The position numbers and the translations under genes are program-made. Positions 1-12,693 of a stretch of 64,000 nucleotides of DNA are shown piece by piece. Every line of letters begins with the position of its first letter. The stretch's first letter is position 1. The stretch is taken from NCBI RefSeq assembly GCF_963921235.1, contig NC_086097.1:179120001-179184000 (forward strand), in the 5' to 3' direction. Under the pieces are notes generated by a model. That model saw only the letters and a program-made list of their open reading frames with translations. It was not told the origin of the DNA and did no database searches. Source of the stretch: Mobula hypostoma (taxonomy: Eukaryota).

Positions 1-229
1 GCAAATAGCTCAAGTTGACAACTTGGTTAGCATGAACAAGTTGAGCCGAAGGGTATCTTTCTATGCTGAATATCTATATATGTGGCTCTGGTTGGACCCA
101 GCATGGATCTGATGGGCTGACTCCCTCTTTCTGCTACTCATGGCCAATAATTCTAACCAAGTTTGCAAGTTTCAATTTGATATTTTTCTTTTTGTCTTTG
201 CATTATCTAAAGTTGACAGGAACTTGCAC

Positions 230-1000
230 CCCCACCTTCTCAGGACATCCCAAATCTTTTACAGCACTGACATCCTTTAGAAGTGCAGTCCCTCTGGTAA
301 TCTAGAAGAGACAGTGAGGAGGAACAGAGGGATCTAGGGGTTCTCATCCACAGATCCCTCAAAGTTGCCACACAAATTGATAAGGTGGTTGAGTAGGCAG
401 CTGGTGTTTTGGCCTTTGCTAGTCAGAGGATTGAGTTCAAGAGCTCTGAGGTGATGTTGTGTTCAGTTCAATATGAAAGGTATGGGAACTTTAGGGAGAG
501 TGTAGAGGTCAGGAGATTACCAGGATGCTGCCTGCATTAGAGAGTATGTCTTATGAGGATAGTTTGAGTGAGCTTGGCTATTCTCGTTGGAGAGGAGAGA
601 CAGAAGTTCATAAGATGATAAGAGGCATAGAGAGTGACTTCTTCACAGGGTTGAAATGGTAACTGGAGGAAATCATAAGGGGTATGTCAAAGGTAGGTTC
701 TTTAAATCTGTCCAGAGAGTGGTGGATGTATGGGATGCACTGCCAGCGGGTGGTGGTTGAAGCAGATACATTAGGAACATTTAACAGATCTTTAGGTTGG
801 CACATGGATGTAAGAAAAATGGAGGGCTATGGGGGAGAGAATGGTTAGATTGATCTTAAGGTATGTTAGAAGGTCAGAACAACATCAACAGGGCTGAAGG
901 GCCTGTACTGCACCGTTCTATGTTCTTTGACACAGTAAGATCCCAGAACTGCAGCGTTGCTGTGGGCTGTTGAATGAGATTAATGACTGGTTTATGGTAG
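230..1000 (-). mobile_element. Old Deu-domain SINE (SacSINE1/AmnSINE-like) remnant split by the CR1 at 313-928
   Basis: caggacatcccaaa...ttacagc...gaagtgcagtc (240-300) and acagtaagatccc (931-943) resemble the reverse complement of the DeuSINE 3' part; recognised by eye. Confidence 0.45.
313..928 (+). mobile_element. CR1 LINE, 5'-truncated degenerate 3' fragment
   Basis: Decayed CR1 ORF2 C-terminus (EEQRDLGV-like gaggaacagagggatctaggggtt) and CR1 3' end gggctgaagggcctgtactg...ttctatgttct. Confidence 0.85.
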
Positions 1001-1184
1001 GTGTGAGATGGAATGGGTGCTGTTGGAGGTCACCTGTTCTGGGGAGATCAGAGGTTTCAAAATCTCACCCCTAAAAACCTTTCCAATGTCCTTGGGCAGA
1101 GGATTTGGTTCAATTCTGTTTCCACAAAAGAAACTGCATTTGTGAAGAGGAAGCAGAAGATGCCCAAGGCTTAGTGACCCATGG

Positions 1185-1985
1185 AGTGATAGAGTCGTAC
1201 AGCATGAAAACAGTCCCTTCAACACAGCTCATCCTTGCCAAACATGTTGCCTATCTAAGCTAGTCCCATTTCCTTGCTTTTGGCCTATATCCCTCTAAAT
1301 CAGGAGTTCTCATCCCTGGAGTCCATGAACCTCTTGCTTAATGGTATTGGTCCATGGCATAAAAAGTTTGGGAACTCTTGCTCTAAACCTTTCCTATCAA
1401 TGTAACTCTCCAATTGTCTTTTAAACAATTGTAATTGTACCCACTTCTACCATTTCCTCTGGCAGCTCGTTTCATATATTCACTACCCTCTGTGTGAAAA
1501 ACCTACCTCTCAGATCTGTTTGAAATCTTTCCCTTCTCACCTTAAATGTGTGGACTCTAGTTCTAGTCTCCTCTTCTCTGGGAAAGGACCGTTTCCATTA
1601 TCTATGCCCCTCAAGATTTTAGAAACCTCTGCAAGGTCACCTCTCAACTTCCTTCCCTCCAGTGGAAACAACCCCAGCCTCTCCAGTCTCTCCTTGTAAC
1701 TCAAGCCCTGCAGTCCTGGCAACATCTTCGAGAATCTTTTCTGTATCCTCTCTAACTAATCACATCCTTCCCATATGTGGTGACCAGAACTGCACACAGT
1801 GTTCTAGAGGCAGTCCCACCAACATCCTGTACAGATGGAAAATGACCAACCAATTCCTGTACCCCTGTACTCAATCCCCATTTGATGAAAGCAAGCATAC
1901 CATGTATCTTCTTCACTACCCTATGTTGCCACATTCAGAGAACTATATACTAGTACCCCTCAATCCAGCCATTCCACAACACTCC
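1185..1985 (-). mobile_element. CR1 LINE 3' fragment
   Basis: ORF 1537..1725(-) MLPGLQGLSYKERLERLGLFPLEGRKLRGDL is typical CR1 ORF2 C-terminus; CR1 tail near 1185. Confidence 0.9.
1301..1380. mobile_element. 80-bp hAT (Charlie/MER5-like) MITE inserted in CR1
   Basis: Imperfect TIRs caggagttctca / tgggaactcttg; 8-bp TSD ctctaaat (1293-1300) / ctctaaac (1381-1388). Confidence 0.8.
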
Positions 1986-1999
1986 CCAGACCCTTCTCA

Positions 2000-3900
2000 T
2001 AGAGTACAGAAACAGGTCCTATAGTCCAACTCCTCAAGCTGACCAAGATGCCCACCTAAGATAGTCTCATCTGTTCAACCTTAGCCTATTTGCCTCTGAA
2101 ACTTCCCCATCCACATACCAGACCAAATATCTTTTCAGTGTTGTGATTCTACCTGACCCCACTACTCCCTCTAGCAACTCATTCTATATATGCACCAATC
2201 TCAGTGTGAATAAGTTCCCCTCATCCCTTTCTCTCACCTTAACTCTTTAGTTCTTGATTCCCCAAGCCTGGGTGTGTATTCACCCTTTCTGTGTACCCTC
2301 ATGACTTTATACACCTGTATAAGGTTTACTGTGTACTGGATGTCCTGCCCTGGTTTAACTTCGCAGAGGGTGGAGAGCAATCTTTTGCAACAGTCTATGG
2401 TGCAACCACAGCTGCTGGAGCCATTACTATTTACAGCAAGATGTGTCTATTCAGCCCACTGAGTCCACACTAGTCAAACACTGGGTAATCCCCCATTCCC
2501 CATAGTATAATAACCTAGTGAAAAGGATTAGCTAGAGGAAGTTAATGTTGTTCAAAATTGTGCTGTGAAAATTAATAGGACTGAAATTGATAGAAAAATG
2601 TGATTGCTTTGGAGATAGTGCAGAGGAGATTCACCAGGGCAGAGGAGATTCACCAGGCCATAACTTCAGTTATGGGGAGAGATTAAATAGACTGGGCTCA
2701 TTTGCCCTGGAGTGAAGAAGGCAATGGGGTGACATTATAGAAGTTATAATGCAGGCTTAATTAGAGTAGTTAGTTGATTTTTTTTTCCTATTGTAGGGCA
2801 ATAAAAATAAGAGGGCATGGTAAGAGTGAGAGACAGGAGCTTAAAAGGTGATCTGAAGGGTGAACTTATTACACAGAAATTGGTTGATAGCTGGAACTCA
2901 CTGCCTGAAGAGGTGGTGGATCAGATATCATCACTATTTCAGAGGCACTTAGACAGACACTAAAATAAGCAAAGTATAGAAGCATACTGTATGGTCCTAA
3001 TGCAAGCAAATGTAGATAGGCAAAAAGGTCAACAAAAGTAGGATGAGGGCAATTAGAAAAAGCCATCCTGGATCATTACGGGGAATGCACCAGTCCCACT
3101 ACACACCTTGTATCACTGCCTCTCCCCGATACCGGGAAGATTGTTGCATATTTCTGGTCCTCGTTACCTTTCTGAGAAATCGGTGCTCAGTTCATCTGGC
3201 CATTCCTCCTCCCAGCCTTCTCTCCCTGCCTCACAAATGTGGATGTACATGTTTGGGCATCCAAGGATGCTGGCCAGCCCTCTTCCAAAACCTCAGCTGC
3301 ACTCCTAGAGGCATCAGCTCAGACCCAAGACGTGACCTATTACTGTTAGACCCATGCTGGTCTACCCATGACTCACTACCTTCTATACATCCATTTCAAG
3401 CTCCCCACCATGCATCCTCAGGCACTCCTGTGTACTGACAGTGAGCTGACTGGGCAGTAATTACCAGATTCCCAAGGTAATCCTTTTACAGGACCACCCC
3501 CTCCTGACCCCACTATTGTACCCTCTCCAGGTACCACTCCTCTTCTCCATCTCTGAATGATAATCATTCCCCTCCATTCCTGAGGCTGAGGGGTAAGCTG
3601 ATAGAGGTACGTAAAATCATGGAGGGCTTACACAAGGTAGGTTCACTTAAGGAGGGAGGAAGGGGACCTTACAGAAACATTATAAGTTGAGCAGTTTTCT
3701 TTCACACAGAGTGGTTGCTAGCTGGAGCTCACAGCCAGAGGAGATGGAAGAACCAGATACAATCACTGTTCTTAAGATGAACTTAGACACATAGGCAGGC
3801 AAGATACAGAAGGCAGGCAAATGGGATTTGTACAGACAGCCAAAAGGGTCAGCATTGATACATTATGCAGAAGGGTCAGTGTACAGCTCTATGACTCGAT
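2000..3900. mobile_element. Cluster of short degenerate CR1 3' fragments (about 2000-2320 minus, 2610-3050 plus, 3580-3895 plus)
   Basis: Decayed FTQRVV/WNxLP-coding segments and CR1 3'UTR motifs. Confidence 0.7.
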
Positions 3901-4545
3901 ACCTATCACACTCGGAAACCCTCTGGAATCTCCTTTTTCCAGCTCTCCTGGTGAGCTGTGCCACCTACCTGTTTACAAACTTACCAGTCTTCTGACAGCT
4001 ACCATTGAGCAGGACGTACAGAAGCCTGAAGTCCACCCCACCAGGTTCAGGAAAAGTTACTTCCCTTCAAGCATTCAGTTCTTGGACCAACTGGCAAGAC
4101 CTTAATCACTACAGTGTAGTAACACTAGAACACATTGGTCACTTTGCACTAAAATGAACTTTCTGTGAAATTGTGTATAATAATATTTAATGTATGCTTT
4201 CTTGTAACTGCTGTTTAACTGATGCTATGCACCTGATATGCTGCAAGTAAGTTTTTCATTGCACCTGTGTAGATGACAATAATCTTGACTTTGACTTTGG
4301 GTGTTTGGAGGAGAAGGAGAGACTGCTTCCTCTGGTGGGACAGGGGTGGAGTAGGGTGATCCAGAGGGAAAGTGTCTTCGCACTTCATGTTTCTGTGATC
4401 TGGCTTGTGCTGCCTCGAAAGAGCAGTAGGATCAGGACCAACAAGAACTTCACCCTTGAGAATCGACATATAACACCTCTTGCATCTCATTGGTGCTGCT
4501 GTAAAGAAGGTTTAAATTGTACACATGGAAATAAACTGAATTTTC

Positions 4546-6210
4546 AGAATCAGAATCAGGTTTATTATCACCAGCATGTGACCGGAAATTTGTCAACTTA
4601 GCAGCAGCAGTTCAATGCAATACATAATATAGAAAAAAATAAATGAAATTTTAAAAAGTAATCATAAATAAACAAGCAAATCAATTACAGTATACGTATA
4701 TTGAATAGATTTTAAAAAGTGCAAAAAAAAGACATACTGTATATTAAAAAAAGTGAGGTAGTGTCCAAGGGTTCAATGTCCATTTAGGAATTTAATGTCC
4801 TGGGGCAGCAGGCTGAGGGTAGCAGACACCAACAGAATCAACAAACCCATTCGTAAGGCCAGTGATGTTGTGGGGATGGAACTGGACTCTCTCACGGTGG
4901 TGTCTGAAAAGAAGATGCTGTCCAAGTTGCATGCCATCTTGGACAATGTCTCCCATCCACTACATAATGGACTGGTTGGGCACAGGAGTACATTCAGCCA
5001 GAGACTCATTCCACCGAGATGCAGCACAGAGCGTCATAGGAAGTCATTCCTGCCTGTGGCCATCAAACTTTACAACTCCTCCCTTGGAGGGTCAGACACC
5101 CTGAGTCAATAGGCTGGTCCTGGACTTATTTCCTGGCATAATTTACATATTACTATTTAATTATTCATAGTTTTATTACTATTTAATTATTTATGGTGCA
5201 ACTGTAACGAAAACCAATTTCCTTCGGGATCAATAAAGTATGACTATGATTATGAATCGGATGGCAGAGGGGAAGAAGCTGTTCCTGAATCGCTGAGTGT
5301 GTGCCTTCAGGTTTCTGTACCTCCTACCTGATGGTAACAGTGAGAAAAGGGCATGCCCTGGGTGCTGGAGGTCCTTGATAATGGACCCTGCCTTTCTGAG
5401 ACACCGCTCCCTAAAGATGTCCTGGGTAATTTGTAGGCTAGTACCCAAGATGGAGCTGACTAGATTTACAACCTTCTGTGGCTTCTTTCTGTCCTGTGTA
5501 GTAGCTTCCCCATACCAGACAGTGATGCAGCCTGTCAGAATGGCCACCATGGTACATCTACAGAAGTTTTGGAGTGTATTTGTTGACATGCCAAATCTCT
5601 TCAAACTCCTAATGAAGTAGAGTCACTGCCTTGCCTTCTTTAAGACTACATCGATATTTTGGAACCAGGTTAGATCCTCAGAGATCTTGACACCGAGGAA
5701 CTTGAAACTGCTCACTCTCTCCACTTCTGATCCTTCTATGAGGATTGGTATGTGTTCCTTCACCTTACCCTTCCTGAAATCTACAATCAGCTCTTTCGTC
5801 TTTCTGATATTGAGTGCCAGGTTGTTGCTGCGGCACCACTCCACTAGTTGGTATATCTCACTCCTGTACGCCCTCTCGTACCACCTGAGATTCTACCAAC
5901 AATGATTGTATCGTCAGTTAATTTATAGATGGTATTTGAGCTATGCCTAGCCACACAGTCATGTGTATATAGAGAGTAGAGTAGTGGGCTAAGCACACAC
6001 CCCTGAGGTGCGCCAGTGTTGATTGTCAGCGAGGAGGATATGTTATCACCAATCCCCACAGATTGTGATCTTCCGGTTAGGAAGTCGAGGATCCAATTGC
6101 AAAGGGAGGTACAGAGGCCCACGTTCTGCAACTTCTCAATCAGGATTGTGGGAATGATGGTATTAAATGCTAAGCTATAGTCGATGAACAGCATCCTGAC
6201 AAAAGTGTTT
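4546..6210 (-). mobile_element. Rex1/Babar-type LINE (RT C-terminal half plus 3'UTR), frameshifted, interrupted at 4792-5253
   Basis: ORFs 5844..6194, 5623..5844, 5230..5604 ([43 protein letters not shown]); (cagaat)n tail at 4546. Confidence 0.92.
4792..5253 (+). mobile_element. Second Rex1/Babar-like 3' fragment nested in the element above
   Basis: ORF 4795..5112 ending TERHRKSFLPVAIKLYN; tail aataaagtatgactatgattat; gaat duplicated at 4788-4791 and 5254-5257. Confidence 0.85.
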
Positions 6211-6899
6211 GACTTGGAATGTACAAAATACCCCTTAGTGTAGATGAAGCAAGGATGTTTTCCCTGGCCAGACTGTTTGGAACCAGGGTCTCAATATGGC
6301 ATCAGCCAGTCAGGGCAGAGATGAGAAGTCAAAGTCAAAAAACAGAACATGGAAGATAGAACAGTCCTCCTCTCAATTACCATCTCTATCCCTCCATTCT
6401 CTTCGTATTCAGGTGTCTCTCACAAAACCTCTTAAACTCCATCAAACTTCCTGCTTCCAATATTACTTCTGGTAATACCAGACTCTGCAAAAAAAAAACT
6501 TTCCCCTCACATTGCCTTAAACTTCCTCCCCCCAGCCTTAAAAGGACATCTCCTGGTGTTCAAAATTTCTAGCCAAGATTAAAGATTCTATTGCCCGTAG
6601 ATGCAATGAAAACCTCATTGCTGCAGCATCACAGGCATGTTGAATCGGATAAGCAGCATTCACAAGGAAAACATGAACGTAAATTAGACACAATTTTTAG
6701 AAGAAAACACAATTAGAACAAAAAATATTCCATCTTAGTGCAAAGTAGTCGAAATGATCATAGTGATGCAAACCGTAAGAAATACCTTCACCCAGAGGGG
6801 GGGCCAAACTTCGGAATGCTCTCCCCAAGAGTCCCAGACAGTGGATATTAGGGAAGCAAGGAACATAGAACAGTACTACACAGGAACAAGCCCGTCGTT

Positions 6900-7530
6900 G
6901 CTAGAGGGATAGAATTTAAGACCAGGGAATTTATGCTGCAACTATGTAGGGAACTGGGGAGGCCACACCTGCAGTACTGTGGGTAGTTCAGGTCTCCCTA
7001 TTTGTGGAATAATATTGGCTTTGAAGACAGTGCAGATGAGGTTCACTAGGTTGATTTCGGAGGTGAGAGGGTTAGTATATGAGGAAATATTGAGTTGTGT
7101 GAGACTATTCTCACTGGAATTCAGAAGAATGAAAGGGGATCTTATAGAAACATTATAAAGTTATGAAAGGGATAGATAAGGCAGAGGCAGGGAAGTTACT
7201 TCCACTGGTAAGTGAGACTTGAACAAGGGGACATAGTCTTAAGATTCAGGGGAATAGATTTAGGATAGAGATGAGAAATTGTTTTTCCCAGAGAGTAGTG
7301 AATCTATGGAATTCTCTGTACAGGGAATAAGTAGAAGCAACTTCATTAAATATATTTAAGGCCCAGTTAGCTTCTTGCATAGCAGGGGAATTAAGGGTTA
7401 TGGGGAAATAGCAGGTAGGTGGAGTTGAGTCTACATGCAGATTGGCAAATACCTTGTTGAATGGTGGTGCAGGTTCAATGGGCCAGATGGCCTACTCCTG
7501 GTCCTAGTTCTTATATTTCTAATGCTCTTA
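6900..7530 (+). mobile_element. CR1 LINE 3' fragment
   Basis: Decayed RPHLEYC..WSP and LEFRRMRGDL coding; tail gggccagatggcctactcctg. Confidence 0.85.
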
Positions 7531-8453
7531 TGTTTGCTGAACAGGATGCCAATCCAAACTAATACCATCTTCACGTACATGGTACACCTCTCTCTCCATT
7601 CCCTGCCTGTTTATGTGTCAGTATAAACACCCCCAGCATATCTGCCTCCGCTACTTCCCTTGGCAGCCCATTCCAGCCACAGCTCCACTTACTTGCCTCA
7701 GAAAAGCCCTTTCTGTAAACGGCCCCTCTGGAAGGCAGACAAAGCAAAGTTTTGAACTATATCTTGGTACATGTGTCAATAATAGACCAGTTACCAAAGG
7801 AGGACAAGTGAAACTGAATGTTGAAGTGGGTGGACTAACTCATTGTTTTCCAATCTAGAGTTCAGTGTTGGCCCTGGACAGTGGTAACATGCACAGGGAA
7901 TATTGAGAATGGAGTGATGCAGCGCAGAAATAGGTACTTTGCACCCAATATCCAGGATAACTATAATACCCCACTACACTCATCTCATTTCACCTGCTTC
8001 AGCACCATTTGACTATGCATTGCCTATTTAAGTGTATGTCCCAATGCCTATTAAGCACAGTGATTCCTCCCATTTATGGTTACCAACTACTTTCTGTGTA
8101 AAATCCCCCTGAATCCCCTGAAGTCTCTTAGTGTTCCCTTAGATCATAAGACCAAGGAGCAGAATTAGGCCATTCAGACCATCAAGTTCCTGTTTGTGAC
8201 ATTCCTTCTTCTTCCCCCTCCCAACTCATTTCGTCACATCAACATACTGAGGTAGTACAAGGGAAAATCAATAAGAGGATGCAGAATAAAGTGTTACGGT
8301 TACTGAGAAAGTGTAGTGTAGGCAGACAATAAGGTCCAAGAGCCACGATGAGGTAGATTGTGAGGTCAAGGGACTATCTTGTACAAGAGTCTGATAACAG
8401 TGGAGATAGAAGCTGTCCTTGAGCCTGGTAGCATGTGCTTTTGTATCTATATG

Positions 8454-9754
8454 TGTCACATTGGTGGGGGCATCGGGAGCAAGGGTGGACCCAAATGCAA
8501 GACACATCTTGTGAGGTTACTTAGATTTAGATTATTGTTCGATATCAGGAGAGCAAGGCAGGAGCAGGAGTAGCGAACTGGACAAGGACTGAGTACTACG
8601 ACTAGGATGGGACCAAGGGTCTGGGCTAGTACTCGGAATCGGCTCCCAGAACTAGAGGAGATATGAAGAGGCTAGGGTATGGACTCCGAGCCGGCGACCG
8701 GGCAAGGACCCAGTACCTGGGTCTTGCATTGGGCTCAGACCCCAGAACCAGGCATGGTCATGACATGGGCTAGGGAGAGGAGGAACATGGGAACACAGAG
8801 CCTTGGTCTCGGGAGAGCAGGTACATGGAACCATGGACACATACACAGAACACAGAGTCGGGATCCCTCCTTGGCTACAGGACATAGGGCCGGGACTCAC
8901 ACACAGAACAGGGAGCCAGGCCCCCTCCTTGGGTAGAGGACATAGGGCCGGGACTCATGACCCTCCGCGGGACAATGGCAAGACGGTCTGACTTACCCCA
9001 CGGAGGCGAGGACAAGGCAAGACAAGATATGACTCCCCGCGGGGCAATGGCAAGATGGCCAGACTTACCCCCATGGAGGTGAGGACCAGACAAGACAAGA
9101 CAAGACATGACTCCCCCGTGGAGCAATGGCAAGACGGCCTGACTTACCCCACGGAGGCGAGGACAAGACAAGACAAGACCAACACAAATGAACACCAGAC
9201 AGTACCTATCTAGCTCCGGTGACTTGACTCAGAACTAGGAAGCCGCCAGGACCAGGACTTGACTTGGTGCTTGAATGCCGCCAGGGCCAGGACTTGACTT
9301 GGTGCTTGAATGCCGCCAGGGCCAGGACTTGACTTGGAGCCTCCGGGTAGTGGCGAACTCTTGACTCGGCCCGGGAACAGCAGACAGCAGTTCTTGATTC
9401 CCTCTGGCGGGTTAACTGACGGACCCACCTCGGTGAGGAAACTTTGCAGGCTCACTTTGGCGAGGTAACTGCACAGGGTTGCTCCAGTGAGGAAAAGGCG
9501 AATTACCGGCACTCGCTTCGGCAGAGACTAGGCTTGCTCCGGCCAGATGACATCGGCACACCGTACCTTAGATGACTTTGCAGACACTCCCGCACCGAAC
9601 AGCTGAAAGCTGGAGACTATTAACCAGCAGTTCAGCCGAGTGTTAATTGCCTCTAATCACCAAAGTCGAGGGACACGGGAAAACAGGGAATCAACGGTCC
9701 GGATCGTAACATAAACAAGCTAAATTTAAAGGGACCCCGATCCGGACTATGACA
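8454..9754 (-). mobile_element. Solo LTR (1.3 kb), probably Gypsy/Ty3-like
   Basis: Termini TGTCA (8454-8458) and TGACA (9750-9754); perfect 5-bp TSD ATATG (8449-8453, 9755-9759); CpG-richer than flanks. Orientation inferred from minus-strand gcatttgggtcc near one end. Confidence 0.85.
8865..9336. repeat. Tandem repeats inside the solo LTR (about 60 bp x2, about 75 bp x3, about 35 bp x2.7)
   Basis: ggacatagggccgggactca x2; caatggcaagayggyc.gacttacccc x3; gccgccagggccaggacttgacttggtgcttgaat repeats. Confidence 0.9.
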
Positions 9755-9922
9755 ATATGACACTATATTTTTGATGTACTGTATAGTAATTGTAGTTCTG
9801 TGCACTGGACTGCTGCCACAAAACAACAAATCTCACAAAAGTCAGTGAAAGTATATCTGACGCTGACTCCAAAACACACCACAGGTCAGGCAGAATCTGT
9901 GGACAGAGAGAGACAGTTTCTT

Positions 9923-10910
9923 CAGAATCAGAATCAGAATCAGGGTTGTTATCACTGACTTAAGTTACGTGATATTTGTTGTTTAGCAGCAGCAGTGCAG
10001 TACAGACATAAAGTTACAATACATTATAAAATAAATGCTGCAAAAAAAATAATGAATAGTGATCAGAGGAGAAGAAGCTGTTCCTGAATTGCTGAGTGTG
10101 GGTCTTTAGGCTCCTGTGCCTCCTCCTTGATAGTCGTAACAAGAAGTGGGTATGTCCCAGATGGTGAAGGTCCTTAGTAATAGATTGCCTTTTGAGATTA
10201 GATTAGATTAGATTCAACTTTATTATCATTGTGCCAAGTACAGATACAAAGCCAATGAAATGCATTTAGCATCTGACCAGAAATACAAAGAATAGTGTTA
10301 TTTACAAAATATCTGCGAATAAAAAAAGTGCTACAGCACACAAATATAAAAGTACTGAGACAGTACAATACAGATGCAATACTGCTTAGCGCTGTGATGT
10401 GAGGTTCAGCAGTGTCATAGCCTCAGGGAAAAAGCTCTTCTTGTGCCTGCTGGTGTGGGAGTGGAGGCTCCTGTAGCGCCTACCAGATGGGAGGAGAGTA
10501 AAAAGTCCATGGTTAGGGTGAGATGCATCCCTGATAATGCTTTTCACCCTGCCCAGGCAGCGTTTATGGTAGATGTTCTCAATGGTGGGCAATTGGGTGC
10601 CGATAATCCGCTGGGCAGTTTTCACCACGTGCTGGAGTGCTTTGCGGTCCGATACGGGACAATTGCCATACCACACTGAGATGCAATTGGTGAGTATGCT
10701 TTCAATTACAGCGGTAAAAGTCTGTCAGTATCCTGAGACAGAGGTGAGCTTTCTTCATGCTCCGCAGGAAATAAAGGTGCTGTTGCACCTTTTTGATCAG
10801 GATGGAGGAGTTCAGGGACCAGGTGAGATCCTCGGAAATGTGGACACCAAGGAATTTGAAGCTTGATACACAATAGAGGCACATCCTCCTGAAAATATCC
10901 TTGATACCTT
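9923..10910 (-). mobile_element. Two nested Rex1/Babar 3' fragments (host 9923-10195 and 10875-10910; insert about 10196-10875)
   Basis: ORFs 10386..10676 and 10702..10884 (SFKFLGVHISEDLTW, LLPSGRRYRS); tails (cagaat)n and (ttaga)n. Confidence 0.88.
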
Positions 10911-11239
10911 CAAGTCAAGCCAAGTCAAATTTATGTATATAGCACATTTAAAAACAACCCACGTTGACCAAAGTGCTGTACAGATCAGAGCAGATAGCTA
11001 AAATCACAAATACAAGACACACAGACATAACCAACAAGGCAAACAGCTTATAGGCACAAAAGAAACAACACAAGGGCCTAGGCACAAGCCAAAAATCAGC
11101 CACATCAGGAGGATACAAAAACTAGTGAATAAAAGTAAGTTTTAGATTAGATTATTGTCATTTAGTAATGCATGCATTAAGAAAGCCTGGATTTAAAAGA
11201 GTCGATCGAGGGCGCAGATCTGATAGGGAGGGGAATGTT

Positions 11240-12693
11240 TTAAGAAGGCAACGATAATTCCAGTACCGAAGAAGAGCAAGGTGGTATGCCTGGATGACCA
11301 TCAACCTGTGGCTCTGACATCAATTGCTATGAAGTGCTTCGAGAGATTGGTTATGGCACACATCAACCACAGCCTACCGGTCAACCTCGACGCTTTGCAA
11401 TTCGCCTACCGGAGCAACAGGTCAATGGCAGATGCCATCTCTCTGGCCCTACATTCCTCCTTAGAACACCTGGAGAATAAAGTCACATACGTAAGGCTCC
11501 TTTTCCCTGACTACAGCTCTGCCTTTAATACTATCATTCCAAATAAACTGATTCCTAAGCTTCGGAACCTGGGCCTTAGCACTCAGATCTACAGCTGGAT
11601 CTTCAACTTCCTCACAGACAGGACCCAGGCTGTAAAAATAGAGGACAAGCTCTCCTTTACAATCACTCTGAGCACCGGTGCCCCACAAGGCTGTGTACTC
11701 AGCCCCCTGCTGTACTCACTGTACACCCATGATTGTGTAGCCAAGTTTCCATCATACTCAATATATAAGTTTGCTGATGACACAACAATTGTAGGCTGTA
11801 TCTCGGGTAATGATGAGTTTGAGTACAGAGAGGAAATTAAGAACCTGGTGGCACGGTGCGAAGACAATAACCTATCCCTCAACATCAGCAAGACAAAGGA
11901 ATTGGTTGCTGACTTCAGAAGGAGTAGCGGACCGCACGACCCAATTTACATCGGTGGTGCGCAAGTGGAACAGGTCAAAAGCTGTAAGTTCCTCGGGGTC
12001 AATATCACAAACGACCTGACTTGGTCTAACCAAGCAGAGTTCACTGCCAAGAAGGCCCACCAGCACTTTCACTTCCTGAGAAAACTAAAGAAATTTGGCC
12101 TGTCCCCTAAAACCCTCACTAATTTTTATAGATGCACCGTAGAAAGCATTCTTCTAGGGTGCATCACAACCTGGTATGGAAGTTGTCCTGTCCAAGACCG
12201 AAAGAAGCTGCAGAAGATTGTGAACACGGCGCAGCACATCTCACAAACCAATCTTCCGTCCGTGGACCCACTTTACACCGCACGCTGTTGGAGCAGTGCT
12301 GCCAGGATAATCAAGGACACGACCCACCCAGCCAACACACTTTTCGTCCCTCTTCCCTCCGGGAGAAGGTTCAGGAGCTTGAAGACTCATACGGCCAGGT
12401 TTGGGAACAGCTTCTTTCCAACTGTGATAAGACTGCTGAAGGGATCTTGACCTGGATCTGGGCCGTAGCCTCCAAATATCCAGACCTGCCTCTCGGTTTT
12501 TTTGCACTACCTTACTTCCCATTTTTCTATTTTCTAGTTATGATTTATAATTTAAATTTTTAATATTTACTAATTTTAACTATTTTTAATATTTTATATT
12601 TGTAATCCAGGGAGTGTGAAGAGCAGAATCAAATATCGCTGTGATGATTGTACGTTCTAGTACCAATTGTTTGGCGACAATAAAGTATGAAGT
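11240..12693 (+). mobile_element. Young 5'-truncated Rex1/Babar LINE with uninterrupted RT frame
   Basis: Open frame to stop at 12450, AT-rich 3'UTR, tail aataaagtatgaagt; atgtt duplicated at 11235-11239 and 12694-12698. Confidence 0.93.
11281..12450 (+). pseudogene. Non-LTR reverse transcriptase domain plus C-terminus (389 codons, no endonuclease, no true start)
   Basis: [57 protein letters not shown]. Confidence 0.9.
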
